This document shows, piece after piece, positions 20,509 through 29,840 of a stretch of DNA of 64,000 nt. Source of the DNA: an uncultured Desulfosarcina sp. (GTDB taxonomy: Bacteria > Desulfobacterota > Desulfobacteria > Desulfobacterales > Desulfosarcinaceae); assembly GCA_963674945.2 (NCBI GenBank), contig CAXXWQ010000004.1, forward strand, positions 3,168,001 through 3,232,000, written 5' to 3'. The translations under genes were made by a program, and so were the position numbers. Position 1 is the stretch's first letter; each line of letters opens with the position of its first letter. The notes under the pieces were generated by a model that saw nothing but the letters and a program-made list of their open reading frames with translations, made no database searches and had not been told where the DNA came from.

Positions 20509-22038
20509 CTATGAATCGGCAGCATGCTGTTCTCCCCCATACTGGGCTTTTACCGCCTCCCGGTCGATGGAACCATTCTTTTCAGGCAGTGACGCCACGA
20601 ATTGTACGTATTGGGGTTTCTTAAACCGGGCAATGCGTCCGCCCACGAAATCGATGAGTTCCTTTTCCTCCAGTGATTGACCGGATTCGAGAACACAGAC
20701 GGCTTTGATGCCCTCTTTCCATTTGGGATCCGGGACGCCAAAAACAACGGTCCGGGCAACGCCGGGATGTTCGAGGATCACCTTTTCCACTTCGGCCGGA
20801 TAGACGTTCTCTCCGCCGGGTTTGATCAGCTCTTTTTCCGCCTTTCGACCGGCGTACCATAAGAAGCCCTTTTCGTCGAATTTTCCCAGGTCGCCGGTAT
20901 GGTGTCGATCGTTGCGGAAGGTGTGCCGATTATCTTCGTCAAGGTTCCAGTACCCCTTGAAGACCATGGGGCCCTTGAGCGTTATCTCCCCCACCTGTCC
21001 CGCCGGTACAGGTTGATCCTGGTCATCCACCAGTTCCACGAGGCCTAAGGGAATGGGGCGGCCGGCGCTGCCGGGACATGCGTCGTAAGGGGCCATGGTG
21101 GTCAGCAGACTGGTTTCGGTCTGGCCGAACATGACGTAAAAACGACCATCGGTGGTCTCCTGGTACCGCTCGATGGTTTCCGGCGTGTCCAGTCCCATGA
21201 CCGCCCGCAAGGAAGTGATGTCGGTACCCTTCTTCTCCTGGGCGTCGAGGATGGATCCGAGAATCGGTGAGAACTCGAAAAAGTAGGATACATTTTTCGA
21301 ATTGATGAGATCCACGGCTGCATTGGCGTCGAATTTACTCATGTTCACGTTCAATATACCGGAATGAAAAGCGCTTACTGCCATGAACAGGCCCGCCACG
21401 TGGAACAGGGGCAAGAGGTTCAGGTGAACATCTGTGGACGAAAGGCCGAAACAATAGGCGAGATGCATGCTGGAACACAATAGGTTGGCGTGGCTCACCA
21501 GTGCTCCCCGCGGTCTCCCGGCAACGGCTGCCGTATGGATGATCGCAAAGCCTGTGTCATGTTCCACCGGAGCGAAATCGAAAGGACCATCACCCAGTAA
21601 GCCTGAAAAGGGTTCCAGGGGGCCGGTTTCGGTAAGGTTGACCATCCGCTTCACGGAGGGAATCCCATGGCGGACACCGGTCATTGTCTCTGCGAAGGGA
21701 GCGTCCACGAAAACCATGACAGGAGTGCAGTCATTGAGATTATACGCCATTTCGTCGGCGGAAAGCCGCCAGTTGATGGCCACGACGATGGCACCGATGG
21801 CTGCGGCGGCACCATAGATCTGAAAATAGGACAGGCTATTTTTCCCAACGATGCCGATCCTGTCACCGGCCTTGATGCCCTCGCTCTTTAATCCTGCGGC
21901 CAGTCGATCCACACGAGCTTTGAATTCTCCGAATGTGACCGTCTCACCGGTGTCGGCCTCGAACCAAGCCGTTCGATTGGGAAAACATTCGGCATTTCTA
22001 CGAATCAGGTCGTAGACGGTAAAATCATAAAGTCCCAT
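20509..22038 (-). CDS. AMP-binding acyl-CoA ligase with variant P-loop
   Basis: HTAAVAGRPRG, FGQTE, HHTGDLG, ENVYPAEVE. Confidence 0.88.
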   Translation of the reverse strand: MGLYDFTVYDLIRRNAECFPNRTAWFEADTGETVTFGEFKARVDRLAAGLKSEGIKAGDRIGIVGKNSLSYFQIYGAAAAIGAIVVAINWRLSADEMAYNLNDCTPVMVFVDAPFAETMTGVRHGIPSVKRMVNLTETGPLEPFSGLLGDGPFDFAPVEHDTGFAIIHTAAVAGRPRGALVSHANLLCSSMHLAYCFGLSSTDVHLNLLPLFHVAGLFMAVSAFHSGILNVNMSKFDANAAVDLINSKNVSYFFEFSPILGSILDAQEKKGTDITSLRAVMGLDTPETIERYQETTDGRFYVMFGQTETSLLTTMAPYDACPGSAGRPIPLGLVELVDDQDQPVPAGQVGEITLKGPMVFKGYWNLDEDNRHTFRNDRHHTGDLGKFDEKGFLWYAGRKAEKELIKPGGENVYPAEVEKVILEHPGVARTVVFGVPDPKWKEGIKAVCVLESGQSLEEKELIDFVGGRIARFKKPQYVQFVASLPEKNGSIDREAVKAQYGGEQHAADS

Positions 22039-22045
22039 GATTTCC

Positions 22046-22438
22046 TCACTTGATGGTGGTCACCGGGCATGCCGCCTTCAGAATAATGTACTGCGCCGTC
22101 GACCCGAGGAGTAGTTTGCTTGTTCTCGATCGTTTTTCGATGCCCACGAAGATGTGATCGATACCGTTCTCCTTTGCGAAAGAGATGATATCCTCCCCGG
22201 GAGAAAGTCCCCGCGCCATCTCCTCGACATCGTGTTCGATACCGGCATCGGCGAGCTTCTGGCGAACCTGTTTCAACTCCCGGTTGACCCGGGCGATGTC
22301 TTCGGGCTTTTCGCTGCGCCCGCCTTCCATGGAGGTGATGACAAACAGCCTGGCACCGTAATCCGATGCGGTTTTCATCGCCAGATCGAGGGCGGCTTTG
22401 CTCTCCTTGGATCCATTGTACGCCACGAGAAATTTCAT
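22046..22438 (-). CDS. Universal stress protein
   Basis: FLVAYNGS and LLLGSTAQYIILKAACPV motifs. Confidence 0.9.
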   Translation of the reverse strand: MKFLVAYNGSKESKAALDLAMKTASDYGARLFVITSMEGGRSEKPEDIARVNRELKQVRQKLADAGIEHDVEEMARGLSPGEDIISFAKENGIDHIFVGIEKRSRTSKLLLGSTAQYIILKAACPVTTIK

Positions 22439-22457
22439 TGTTTATTCTTTTTCTATT

Positions 22458-22751
22458 TTGATGAACTCGTAAAAAGTCTGATTCCGGACGGCTTCGTAAA
22501 AAGTTCGAGATCAAGGCTTGCGAGTCCCGAGGAATGAGGCGTATTTTTGATACGTCGCAGTGACGAGGGATGAGGCGTAACGCCGATATCGGACTTCTAA
22601 GGAACTCGTTCATTATTCCACTTAAAAAGGACTTTTTTATAAAAAGCTTTTCCCTCGTTTTCATCTATCTGCAAAGAAAAGAATACCGAGTTTCTTGCTT
22701 GCGATTGTTTGGCCGTATTTGGCCTGGAAAAGCTTTTTACGAAGCCGTCAA
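22458..22751 (+). repeat. Composite repeat: type A, linker, type B
   Basis: Type A body 22458-22596, CTAAGGAACTCGTTCATTA linker, type B body ending CTTTTTACGAAGCCGTCAA. Confidence 0.9.
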
Positions 22752-22753
22752 TT

Positions 22754-23569
22754 TTACATCCAGCGCTTACGCCGTTTGTAGGACTTAACTTCCTTGAAGG
22801 ATTTTCGTCCGCCGCCACGGGTGAGGCCCATGTAAAATTCTTTCACGTCCGGGTTGTTTTGCAATTCTTTTGACGGTCCTTCCAAAACAATTTTTCCGGA
22901 TTCCATGATGTAGGCGTAATTGGAAATCTCCAAGGCAATTCGTGCGTTTTGTTCGACAACCAGGATCGTGGTTCCCATCTCCCGGTTGATGAGCTGAATA
23001 TTGTCGAAGATCTCCTTGACGAGCAAAGGAGCCAGGCCCAGGGAGGGCTCGTCAAGCATCAGCATCCGCGGAGAGGCCATCAGCGCTCGCGCGATGGCGA
23101 TCATCTGCTGTTCTCCACCCGAACAATATCCTGCCAGCCGGTTGGTAATTTTGGAGAGCCGCGGAAAATGGTCATACATCATCTGGTGATCGGAGCGGAT
23201 CTTCTGGGAACCGTCCTTTCGCGTAATGGAACCGACCCGAATGTTTTCATCCACGGTGAGGTGTTTGAAGACCCGGCGGCCTTCGGGGACCATTACCGCG
23301 CCCAATGTGACGACGCGGGTTCCCAGAACATTGGTGATGTCCTCTCCGGAAAAACGCAGGTAGCCATCCCGAATAAAACCATTTTCCGGCTTCAGAAGAC
23401 CGGAAATTGCGCGTAGTGTGGTGGTTTTTCCCGCGCCGTTGGTTCCCAACAGACTGACGATGCTGCCCTCGGCCACCTGAAGGCTGACCCCACGAAGCAC
23501 CTGGATGATGTCGTTGTACACCACCTCGATGTTGTTGACCTCGAGCAATATGTTTTGGTCCTGTGACAT
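22754..23569 (-). CDS. LIV-type ABC ATP-binding protein (LivF-like)
   Basis: GTNGAGKTT, SGGEQQM, LDEPSLGLAP. Confidence 0.92.
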   Translation of the reverse strand: MSQDQNILLEVNNIEVVYNDIIQVLRGVSLQVAEGSIVSLLGTNGAGKTTTLRAISGLLKPENGFIRDGYLRFSGEDITNVLGTRVVTLGAVMVPEGRRVFKHLTVDENIRVGSITRKDGSQKIRSDHQMMYDHFPRLSKITNRLAGYCSGGEQQMIAIARALMASPRMLMLDEPSLGLAPLLVKEIFDNIQLINREMGTTILVVEQNARIALEISNYAYIMESGKIVLEGPSKELQNNPDVKEFYMGLTRGGGRKSFKEVKSYKRRKRWM

Positions 23570-23646
23570 GATCTCGTCCTCGGAGCGCTTGCAGGGGGAT
23601 CGGCGGCAGCAGAACCTGCCGCCGATATCCGTACAAGTAGCCTTCG

Positions 23647-24867
23647 CTATTCCACCATCCGCATGTACTTGGATCGGAACGGGCCGCCCACGGCAACCCA
23701 CTTGCCGTCTTGGACGCGGTAGAGTTGAAGGGCATCCACGCCGGCATGGTCTTTGGGAGAGTAAGTTACCGGTCCCACGGTGGTCACCGGGTAAAAGGCG
23801 TTGAGGCCGTTCATCTGATTCAGCTCGGCGTAGAGGTTGGCCCGGTTCACCTCGTTACCCTTGGCCTTGCAGCGACGAATGGCCTCGAAGGCTACCTGGG
23901 CGACCATGATACCGTTGGTGTAGTTGTGGCTGTTGGCGGTCTTGTCGTCCCGGCCATATTTTTTCGCCAGCGCCAACTGGGCCTCGGTCCCCACGCCGGG
24001 TACACTGGTCAGGGTGTAGGAAGTGGTCCAGTAAAAATTCTCGGCCGCACTACCGGCCAGGGCGATCAGATCCGTGCCGCCGGTGTAATGGGCGCCCATG
24101 AAGGTGATTTTGCCCGGTTCGCCGAAGGTTTTTGCGACCATGCCCAACCGCTCGGCATCCTTCAGAAAGGTGGCTACCGGACTCTGGACGGTCTGGCTGA
24201 TGACGAACTGTACACCCTTGCTCTTCAGCCGTTGCAGGGTGGCGGTGCTGTCCAGGTTTTTGCCGTGCTCCACCGTCTCGATGATATCGATGTCCAGGCC
24301 GGCTGCCACTGCTTTTTTCAGATCATCCACCGGTCCACGGCCGAAGGCAGATGGATGGATGAACAGGGCCACCTTTGCCTTGCCACCTTTGAAATGGTTG
24401 GCCACGTATTCGGCCAAGCCGATGAATTGTTCGGAATAAGACGCAATGGGCAGAAAGATGTAGTTTGATCCGTCCAGGTTGCCACGGTGAAAGGAGGCGG
24501 GAATGGTAGGAATCTTCTCCTCTTCGAAATCCCGTTTGAGCCCCAATGTGCTGCCGGTAGAGTAGTTAAGGTAGAGGGGAATCCCCATATCCAGAAACTC
24601 TTCGAAGTTGCGCTTGGTGATGTCGGTCTGGTACTGGTCGTCTTTGATGGTGCAGTCGATGGTGTCTTTGCCGAGCAGCTTTTCATCGTTGACATACTTG
24701 AAAAAATCCTCGACACCCTTGGCATAGGGCTGGCCCGCGTCGGAGGTGGGGCCGGACATTGCCAAGGACAAACCCAGTTTGATTGCCTTGGCGTGTGCGG
24801 GTACACCAGCGGCAAACAGAAAAACGATCGCGAGCATAAAAATAACTGTCATTCTCAGATGTTTCAT
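23647..24867 (-). CDS. LIV-type ABC substrate-binding protein
   Basis: Signal peptide (AHA), IKLGLSLAMSGPTS; position in the operon. Confidence 0.85.
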   Translation of the reverse strand: MKHLRMTVIFMLAIVFLFAAGVPAHAKAIKLGLSLAMSGPTSDAGQPYAKGVEDFFKYVNDEKLLGKDTIDCTIKDDQYQTDITKRNFEEFLDMGIPLYLNYSTGSTLGLKRDFEEEKIPTIPASFHRGNLDGSNYIFLPIASYSEQFIGLAEYVANHFKGGKAKVALFIHPSAFGRGPVDDLKKAVAAGLDIDIIETVEHGKNLDSTATLQRLKSKGVQFVISQTVQSPVATFLKDAERLGMVAKTFGEPGKITFMGAHYTGGTDLIALAGSAAENFYWTTSYTLTSVPGVGTEAQLALAKKYGRDDKTANSHNYTNGIMVAQVAFEAIRRCKAKGNEVNRANLYAELNQMNGLNAFYPVTTVGPVTYSPKDHAGVDALQLYRVQDGKWVAVGGPFRSKYMRMVE

Positions 24868-24922
24868 CTCTTCTCCCTTCGTTTTTTTGGTTACGATTCT
24901 GAAATCGTTACGGTTCGCGTGG

Positions 24923-26017
24923 TCAGTAGCGAAATGGCCACAGTTTCACGTAGGATCGTACGATTCGCCACCAGTTGGCGATTCCCCTGGGTTCGAACAT
25001 GAGAAACAACACGATGACCAGGCCGAAACTAAAGGGCCGCAGTGCCGTCGCCAGGTTGCCCTGGGCCGGAAAAATTTGGGCGGCCCATTCGGAAATGTTC
25101 TCCACCTGCAGATCTAAAAGCTTGATGGCTGCCGGACCCCAGAAAGATCCGTTCAACGTCCCCAGCCCGCCGACGATGGCCATGGCCAGATAGGTGATGG
25201 ACTGGTGCAGGGTAAAGGATTCGATGCCTACCCCCCGGTACAGATAGGCGTGCAACGCTCCGGCCAAACCGGCCATGAAGCCGGCCAGCGAGAAGGCGTA
25301 GACCTTGGTCAGTCCCGGATGCATGCCCATGGCGTCGGCGGCCCGGTCGTTGTCCCGCACGGCGATGAGGCAGCGTCCGTACCGGGTGCGCAGCAGGTTG
25401 CGGATGCCGAAACCCGTGATAACGACCACCAACAGGCACACGTAATACCAGAACGCATAGTGGTCCCGTCGGCCCACCTGGCCGGTGAGCCAGAAAACCC
25501 GGCCCACGAAGATGGTCTGTCCCTGGTTAAAAAAACCCATGAAGTGGATCACCCATTCGAAAATCATCTGAAAGGAGAGCGTGGCGATGGCCAAGTAAAG
25601 GTGTTTCAGCCGAAGGGCCGGCAATCCAACGAAGGCACCAAAAAGTGCCCCGACGGCACCGGACAAAAGGATCATCACGGGCCAGGCGTGGGTGATCAAT
25701 ACGTGGCTGTCACCCAGTGTGGTCGCAACGGAAGCCAGCGTATAGGCCCCCACCCCCACGAATGCGGCGTGTCCGATGGAGATCAATCCGGCGAATCCCG
25801 TCACCAGGTTCAGCCCCATGATTGCCACGACGGCAATCAGGGTGTTGTCGATGACCAACATGTACTTGTTGCTCAGTTCGAAAAACAGGGGCCAGGCGAA
25901 CAAAAACAATAAAAAGACGGCAAAGATCGTCCGATCCAGGTGGGTGGAAAAAATTCGCTGCTCTTGTCTGTATGTGGTGTAAAAGTTGCCCGTTGCAAGC
26001 CATCGATTAGCCGACAT
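24923..26017 (-). CDS. LIV-type ABC permease (LivM-like)
   Basis: GLNLVTGFAGLISIGHAAF and LRLKHLYLAIATL. Confidence 0.9.
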   Translation of the reverse strand: MSANRWLATGNFYTTYRQEQRIFSTHLDRTIFAVFLLFLFAWPLFFELSNKYMLVIDNTLIAVVAIMGLNLVTGFAGLISIGHAAFVGVGAYTLASVATTLGDSHVLITHAWPVMILLSGAVGALFGAFVGLPALRLKHLYLAIATLSFQMIFEWVIHFMGFFNQGQTIFVGRVFWLTGQVGRRDHYAFWYYVCLLVVVITGFGIRNLLRTRYGRCLIAVRDNDRAADAMGMHPGLTKVYAFSLAGFMAGLAGALHAYLYRGVGIESFTLHQSITYLAMAIVGGLGTLNGSFWGPAAIKLLDLQVENISEWAAQIFPAQGNLATALRPFSFGLVIVLFLMFEPRGIANWWRIVRSYVKLWPFRY

Positions 26018-26021
26018 TAGA

Positions 26022-26915
26022 TCACACTCTCTCGATTTCGTGGGTGCCGAACAGACCGTGGGGTTTGAACAGCAAAATGATCAACAAAATGATATAAGGC
26101 AATACATTGGCCGTTCCGGCAAGACCCCATTTCCCGTCCAGGTAGCCGCCGGCGAATTGCTGGATCAGGCCCATGATGATGCCGGCCACGACGGCGCCGA
26201 TGATGGAATCCAGTCCCCCCAAGATCACCACGGGGAAAACGACGATGCCGAAAGCGTGCAGGGTATCGAAATTGAGTCCCGTGATGTTGCCGATGATGGC
26301 GCCGGCGGCTGCGGCGCTCAGCCCCGCCATGGCCCATGCAAGACCGAATACGCGGGGGACGGAGATGCCGACGGACATGGCGGCCATCTGGTCGTCACTG
26401 ACGGCACGCATGCTGATCCCCAGCGTCGATCGTTTGAAAAACCAGGAGAATCCGCCGATGAGGATCGCCGTAATGATGACACCGACCATCTGGGTCCAGG
26501 AGATGGAGACCCCGCCGAAGCTGATGGGCGTTACGGGAAGCACCGGCGGAAACGAGAAGTTGACCGACCCGAAGGGTGTCAGGTAGATGAGGCCGTCCAA
26601 AATGGACATGAGGCCGATGGTGACCATGATGACCGAGATGATGGGCTCGCCGATGAGCCGGCGCAAGAAGACCCGCTCCACGCTCATGGCCAGAAAGAAG
26701 GTAATCACCATACTGGCCAGAAATGAGAGAAAAATGGGAACGCCCACCCAGACCGTCAGGGCATAGACGATAAAGGCGCCCGCCGCGATGATCTGACCAT
26801 GGGCAAGGTTCAGTACCCGGCTGGATTTGTAAATGAGGACGAAACCCAGTGCGGACAGGGCGTAGATGGAACCCACCACGATGCCGCTGACCACGAGTTG
26901 AAAAAAATAACTCAT
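26022..26915 (-). CDS. LIV-type ABC permease (LivH-like)
   Basis: GSIYALSALGFVLIYKSSRVLNLAHG; ATG overlaps the upstream TGA. Confidence 0.9.
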   Translation of the reverse strand: MSYFFQLVVSGIVVGSIYALSALGFVLIYKSSRVLNLAHGQIIAAGAFIVYALTVWVGVPIFLSFLASMVITFFLAMSVERVFLRRLIGEPIISVIMVTIGLMSILDGLIYLTPFGSVNFSFPPVLPVTPISFGGVSISWTQMVGVIITAILIGGFSWFFKRSTLGISMRAVSDDQMAAMSVGISVPRVFGLAWAMAGLSAAAAGAIIGNITGLNFDTLHAFGIVVFPVVILGGLDSIIGAVVAGIIMGLIQQFAGGYLDGKWGLAGTANVLPYIILLIILLFKPHGLFGTHEIERV

Positions 26916-28846
26916 CAGACGCCTTCCAAAGTGTAGAATTTGATCGTTGTTTTGACGGTAGTGGTCTGACCGTCCTGGTATTGATAGAAAGCCTCCACTG
27001 TCTTTTCCGAAACGGCGGTATCGTAAAGTGCTTCGTAGAGGTTCCGGTACTTCTCCATAACGAATTTTCTTCGAATCTTTCCCGTCTTGGTCAACTCCCC
27101 GTCGTCCATGTCCAACAGCTTGTACAAGATGGCAAACCGCCTGATGGTAAAATGCTCCTTCTCCGCCTGTCCGTTGATGGATTGCACCTCGCCGAGGATC
27201 AGATCGGCCACCTGAGGCTTTGCGGACAGGTCCATGAAGGTGGTGTAAGAGATGCCCCGATCCTCGGCCCACTTGCCCACGACGATGGGGTCGATGTTGA
27301 TCAGCGCCGACACGAAATCCTGCTGGTCGCCGAACACCACCGCCTCCTTGATGTAGGGGCTGAATTTGAGTCGATTTTCCAGAAACATGGGGCTGAACAT
27401 CTCCCCGGAGTGGTTGTGCATCACGTCGGAGAGTCGGTCGATCACTACCAAATGCCCGTTTTCGTCGATGTAGCCGGCATCACCGGAGTGGAGCCAGCCG
27501 CCTTCCAGCAGCTCTTCGGTCTTTTCCGGTAATTTGTAATAGCCGGGTGTCACCGATGCCGAACGGGACAGGATTTCACCTTCATCGGAAATCTTGCACT
27601 CGGTTCCCGGAAGGGGTTTGCCCACCGTGTCGGGCCGTATGTCTTTGTCTCTGTGCATGTAGGCGATACCGGTGATTTCGGTCTGGCCGTAAATTTGTTT
27701 CAGGTTTACCCCGATGGCCTGGTAGAAGGTGAACAGCTCCGGTCCCAAGGCGGCACCGCCGGTGTAAGCCCGCCGCAGGCGAAGCAGGCCGATCTGGTTG
27801 ATCAATGGCCGAAACACCATCTGGGTACCCAGCCAGGCTTTGATCTTTAGGCCCAGCGGCAGGGATTTGCCGATCATCCGGTAGCGGGCGGCCCGTTCCC
27901 CCACCCGTATGAAGTAATTGTAGAATTTTTTGTTCAGCCAGTAGGACTCGTCGATTTTGAGCCAGATCTGGCTGCGGATGGTTTCGTATATGCGGGGAGC
28001 ACCGAACATGAAATGGGGACCAATCTCCTTGAGATCTTCCATGGCCGTCTCCACCGACTCGGGAAAGTTAATGGTGATGCCCGTGGCCATGGCGATGCCG
28101 AAAGAGTTCATCTGCTCGCCGATCCATGCGAAGGGGAGAAAAGAGAGGTACTCGTCCGTCGGTTCCAGCGCATCGACCCTGGTGATCTGAACACCCATGT
28201 TAATGTAGTTGCGATGGGTCATCATGGCACCCTTGGGAAGTCCCGTGGTACCGGAGGTAAGGCACAGATGGCATGGATCATCCGGTTCTCCCCGGTCCAC
28301 CATGGTCTCGAAACGATCGGGCGCGGCCTCGTGCGCCTTCTGGCCCAGCGCGTACAACGACTCGATGTCCATAAACCAGGGATCCTGCCGGTAGCCGCGC
28401 ATACCCCGGGGATCTTCGTAGATCACCTTTTTGACGCCGGGGATCCGGGCGCGGATTTCCACGAGTTTATCCACCTGCTCCTGGTCGTTGCAGAATACGG
28501 CCGTCACTTCCAGGTAGTTGATGATGTCGGCGATTTCATCGGGAAGGGTGGTCTGGTAGATGCCGGCGGACATGCCGCCCAGGGCGTGGGTGCCGATGGC
28601 CACGAAGAGCAGTTCGGGGATATTGTCGCCGATGAGGGCGACCGTGTCTGCCGATTTCAGGCCGATGCTTTGTAATCCCAATGCGGTCTTTCGGACGAAG
28701 GCGTAGTATTCGGTCCAGGTGTAAGATCTCCAGTGACCGAAATCCTTTTCCCGTAATGCAACCTTGTCCGGGGAGGTCTCGACGCGCCAGCGCAGCAGTT
28801 GGGGAATGGAGAATTCGAGCAGGTGGTCTTTGTCTTCCATGGGCAA
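26915..28846 (-). CDS. Long-chain fatty acid-CoA ligase
   Basis: TSGTTGLPKG, YGQTE, WLHSGDAG, GELTKTGKIRR. Confidence 0.92.
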   Translation of the reverse strand: MPMEDKDHLLEFSIPQLLRWRVETSPDKVALREKDFGHWRSYTWTEYYAFVRKTALGLQSIGLKSADTVALIGDNIPELLFVAIGTHALGGMSAGIYQTTLPDEIADIINYLEVTAVFCNDQEQVDKLVEIRARIPGVKKVIYEDPRGMRGYRQDPWFMDIESLYALGQKAHEAAPDRFETMVDRGEPDDPCHLCLTSGTTGLPKGAMMTHRNYINMGVQITRVDALEPTDEYLSFLPFAWIGEQMNSFGIAMATGITINFPESVETAMEDLKEIGPHFMFGAPRIYETIRSQIWLKIDESYWLNKKFYNYFIRVGERAARYRMIGKSLPLGLKIKAWLGTQMVFRPLINQIGLLRLRRAYTGGAALGPELFTFYQAIGVNLKQIYGQTEITGIAYMHRDKDIRPDTVGKPLPGTECKISDEGEILSRSASVTPGYYKLPEKTEELLEGGWLHSGDAGYIDENGHLVVIDRLSDVMHNHSGEMFSPMFLENRLKFSPYIKEAVVFGDQQDFVSALINIDPIVVGKWAEDRGISYTTFMDLSAKPQVADLILGEVQSINGQAEKEHFTIRRFAILYKLLDMDDGELTKTGKIRRKFVMEKYRNLYEALYDTAVSEKTVEAFYQYQDGQTTTVKTTIKFYTLEGV

Positions 28847-28847
28847 A

Positions 28848-29609
28848 TCAATCTTCTCCGATATATGCTTCGATGACTTTGGGATTTTTGGCCACTTGTT
28901 CGGGTGTTCCGGCGCCGATCAGCTCGCCGAAGTCCAGGACGTGGATATTGTCCGAAATATCCATCACCACGCCCAGATCGTGCTCCACGAGAATGACCGT
29001 GGTCTTTCGCTCTTTCTGGATATCGATGATAAAGCGAACCATGTCCTCTTTTTCTTCGATATTCATTCCGGCCATGGGTTCGTCCAGCAATAGGACACGC
29101 GGATCCAGGGTCAGCGCCCGCGCTACCTCCACCCGCTTTTGCACCCCGTAGCTCAAGGATCCGACCATGTGTTTCCGAAAGGGCTCCAGTTCCATGAAGT
29201 CGATGACATCTTCCACATAGGCACGGTTTTCGGCCTCGATCCTTGACGTCTTGCCCCAATAGATCAGGGCATGAAAGAAGCTGTATTTCAATTTCTGGTG
29301 TCGGGCCAGCATGAGGTTGTCCAATACCGTCATGCCGCTGAACAATTCCAGGTTCTGAAACGCCCGGGCGATGCCCAGGTTCGACACCTGATGGGGGGAT
29401 GCATGGGTGAGGCGGCGCTTGCCGTAGTGAATATCGCCTCGGCTGGGATGGTAAAAACCGGATATACAGTTGAGTAGACTGGTCTTTCCGGCACCGTTCG
29501 GGCCGATGACAGAGCTGATCTTTCCCGGTTCGAAATGCATATTGATATCGGTCAATGCATTGAGGCCACCAAATGTCAGCGTCACATTAGAGATGATCAA
29601 CGGGTTCAT
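28848..29609 (-). CDS. LIV-type ABC ATP-binding protein (LivG-like)
   Basis: GPNGAGKTS and LSYGVQKRVEVARAL. Confidence 0.92.
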   Translation of the reverse strand: MNPLIISNVTLTFGGLNALTDINMHFEPGKISSVIGPNGAGKTSLLNCISGFYHPSRGDIHYGKRRLTHASPHQVSNLGIARAFQNLELFSGMTVLDNLMLARHQKLKYSFFHALIYWGKTSRIEAENRAYVEDVIDFMELEPFRKHMVGSLSYGVQKRVEVARALTLDPRVLLLDEPMAGMNIEEKEDMVRFIIDIQKERKTTVILVEHDLGVVMDISDNIHVLDFGELIGAGTPEQVAKNPKVIEAYIGED

Positions 29610-29773
29610 ATTATCAAGTATTTATCGAAAAAAGAAGGAAATGGGATCAATTGAATTATATTGCCTTATGAATGCCATCATGTCCAGAATGATTTGCTCA
29701 ATCCGTTCGTCACATGTTTTTATGAACACATGTCCGAAACAAAAGCCGTTCCCCAGCCAGTCGTATGGATGCA

Positions 29774-29803
29774 ATTAAACACCTGACCTCTCCAAGGTGT
29801 CAA
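29774..29803 (-). promoter_or_regulatory. Putative sigma70 promoter of the ABC/acyl-CoA ligase operon
   Basis: TTGACA-N18-TTTAAT on the minus strand. Confidence 0.35.
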
Positions 29804-29840
29804 GTTGATAAAATAGCAGGGAACTAGCGGGGGAAAACCA

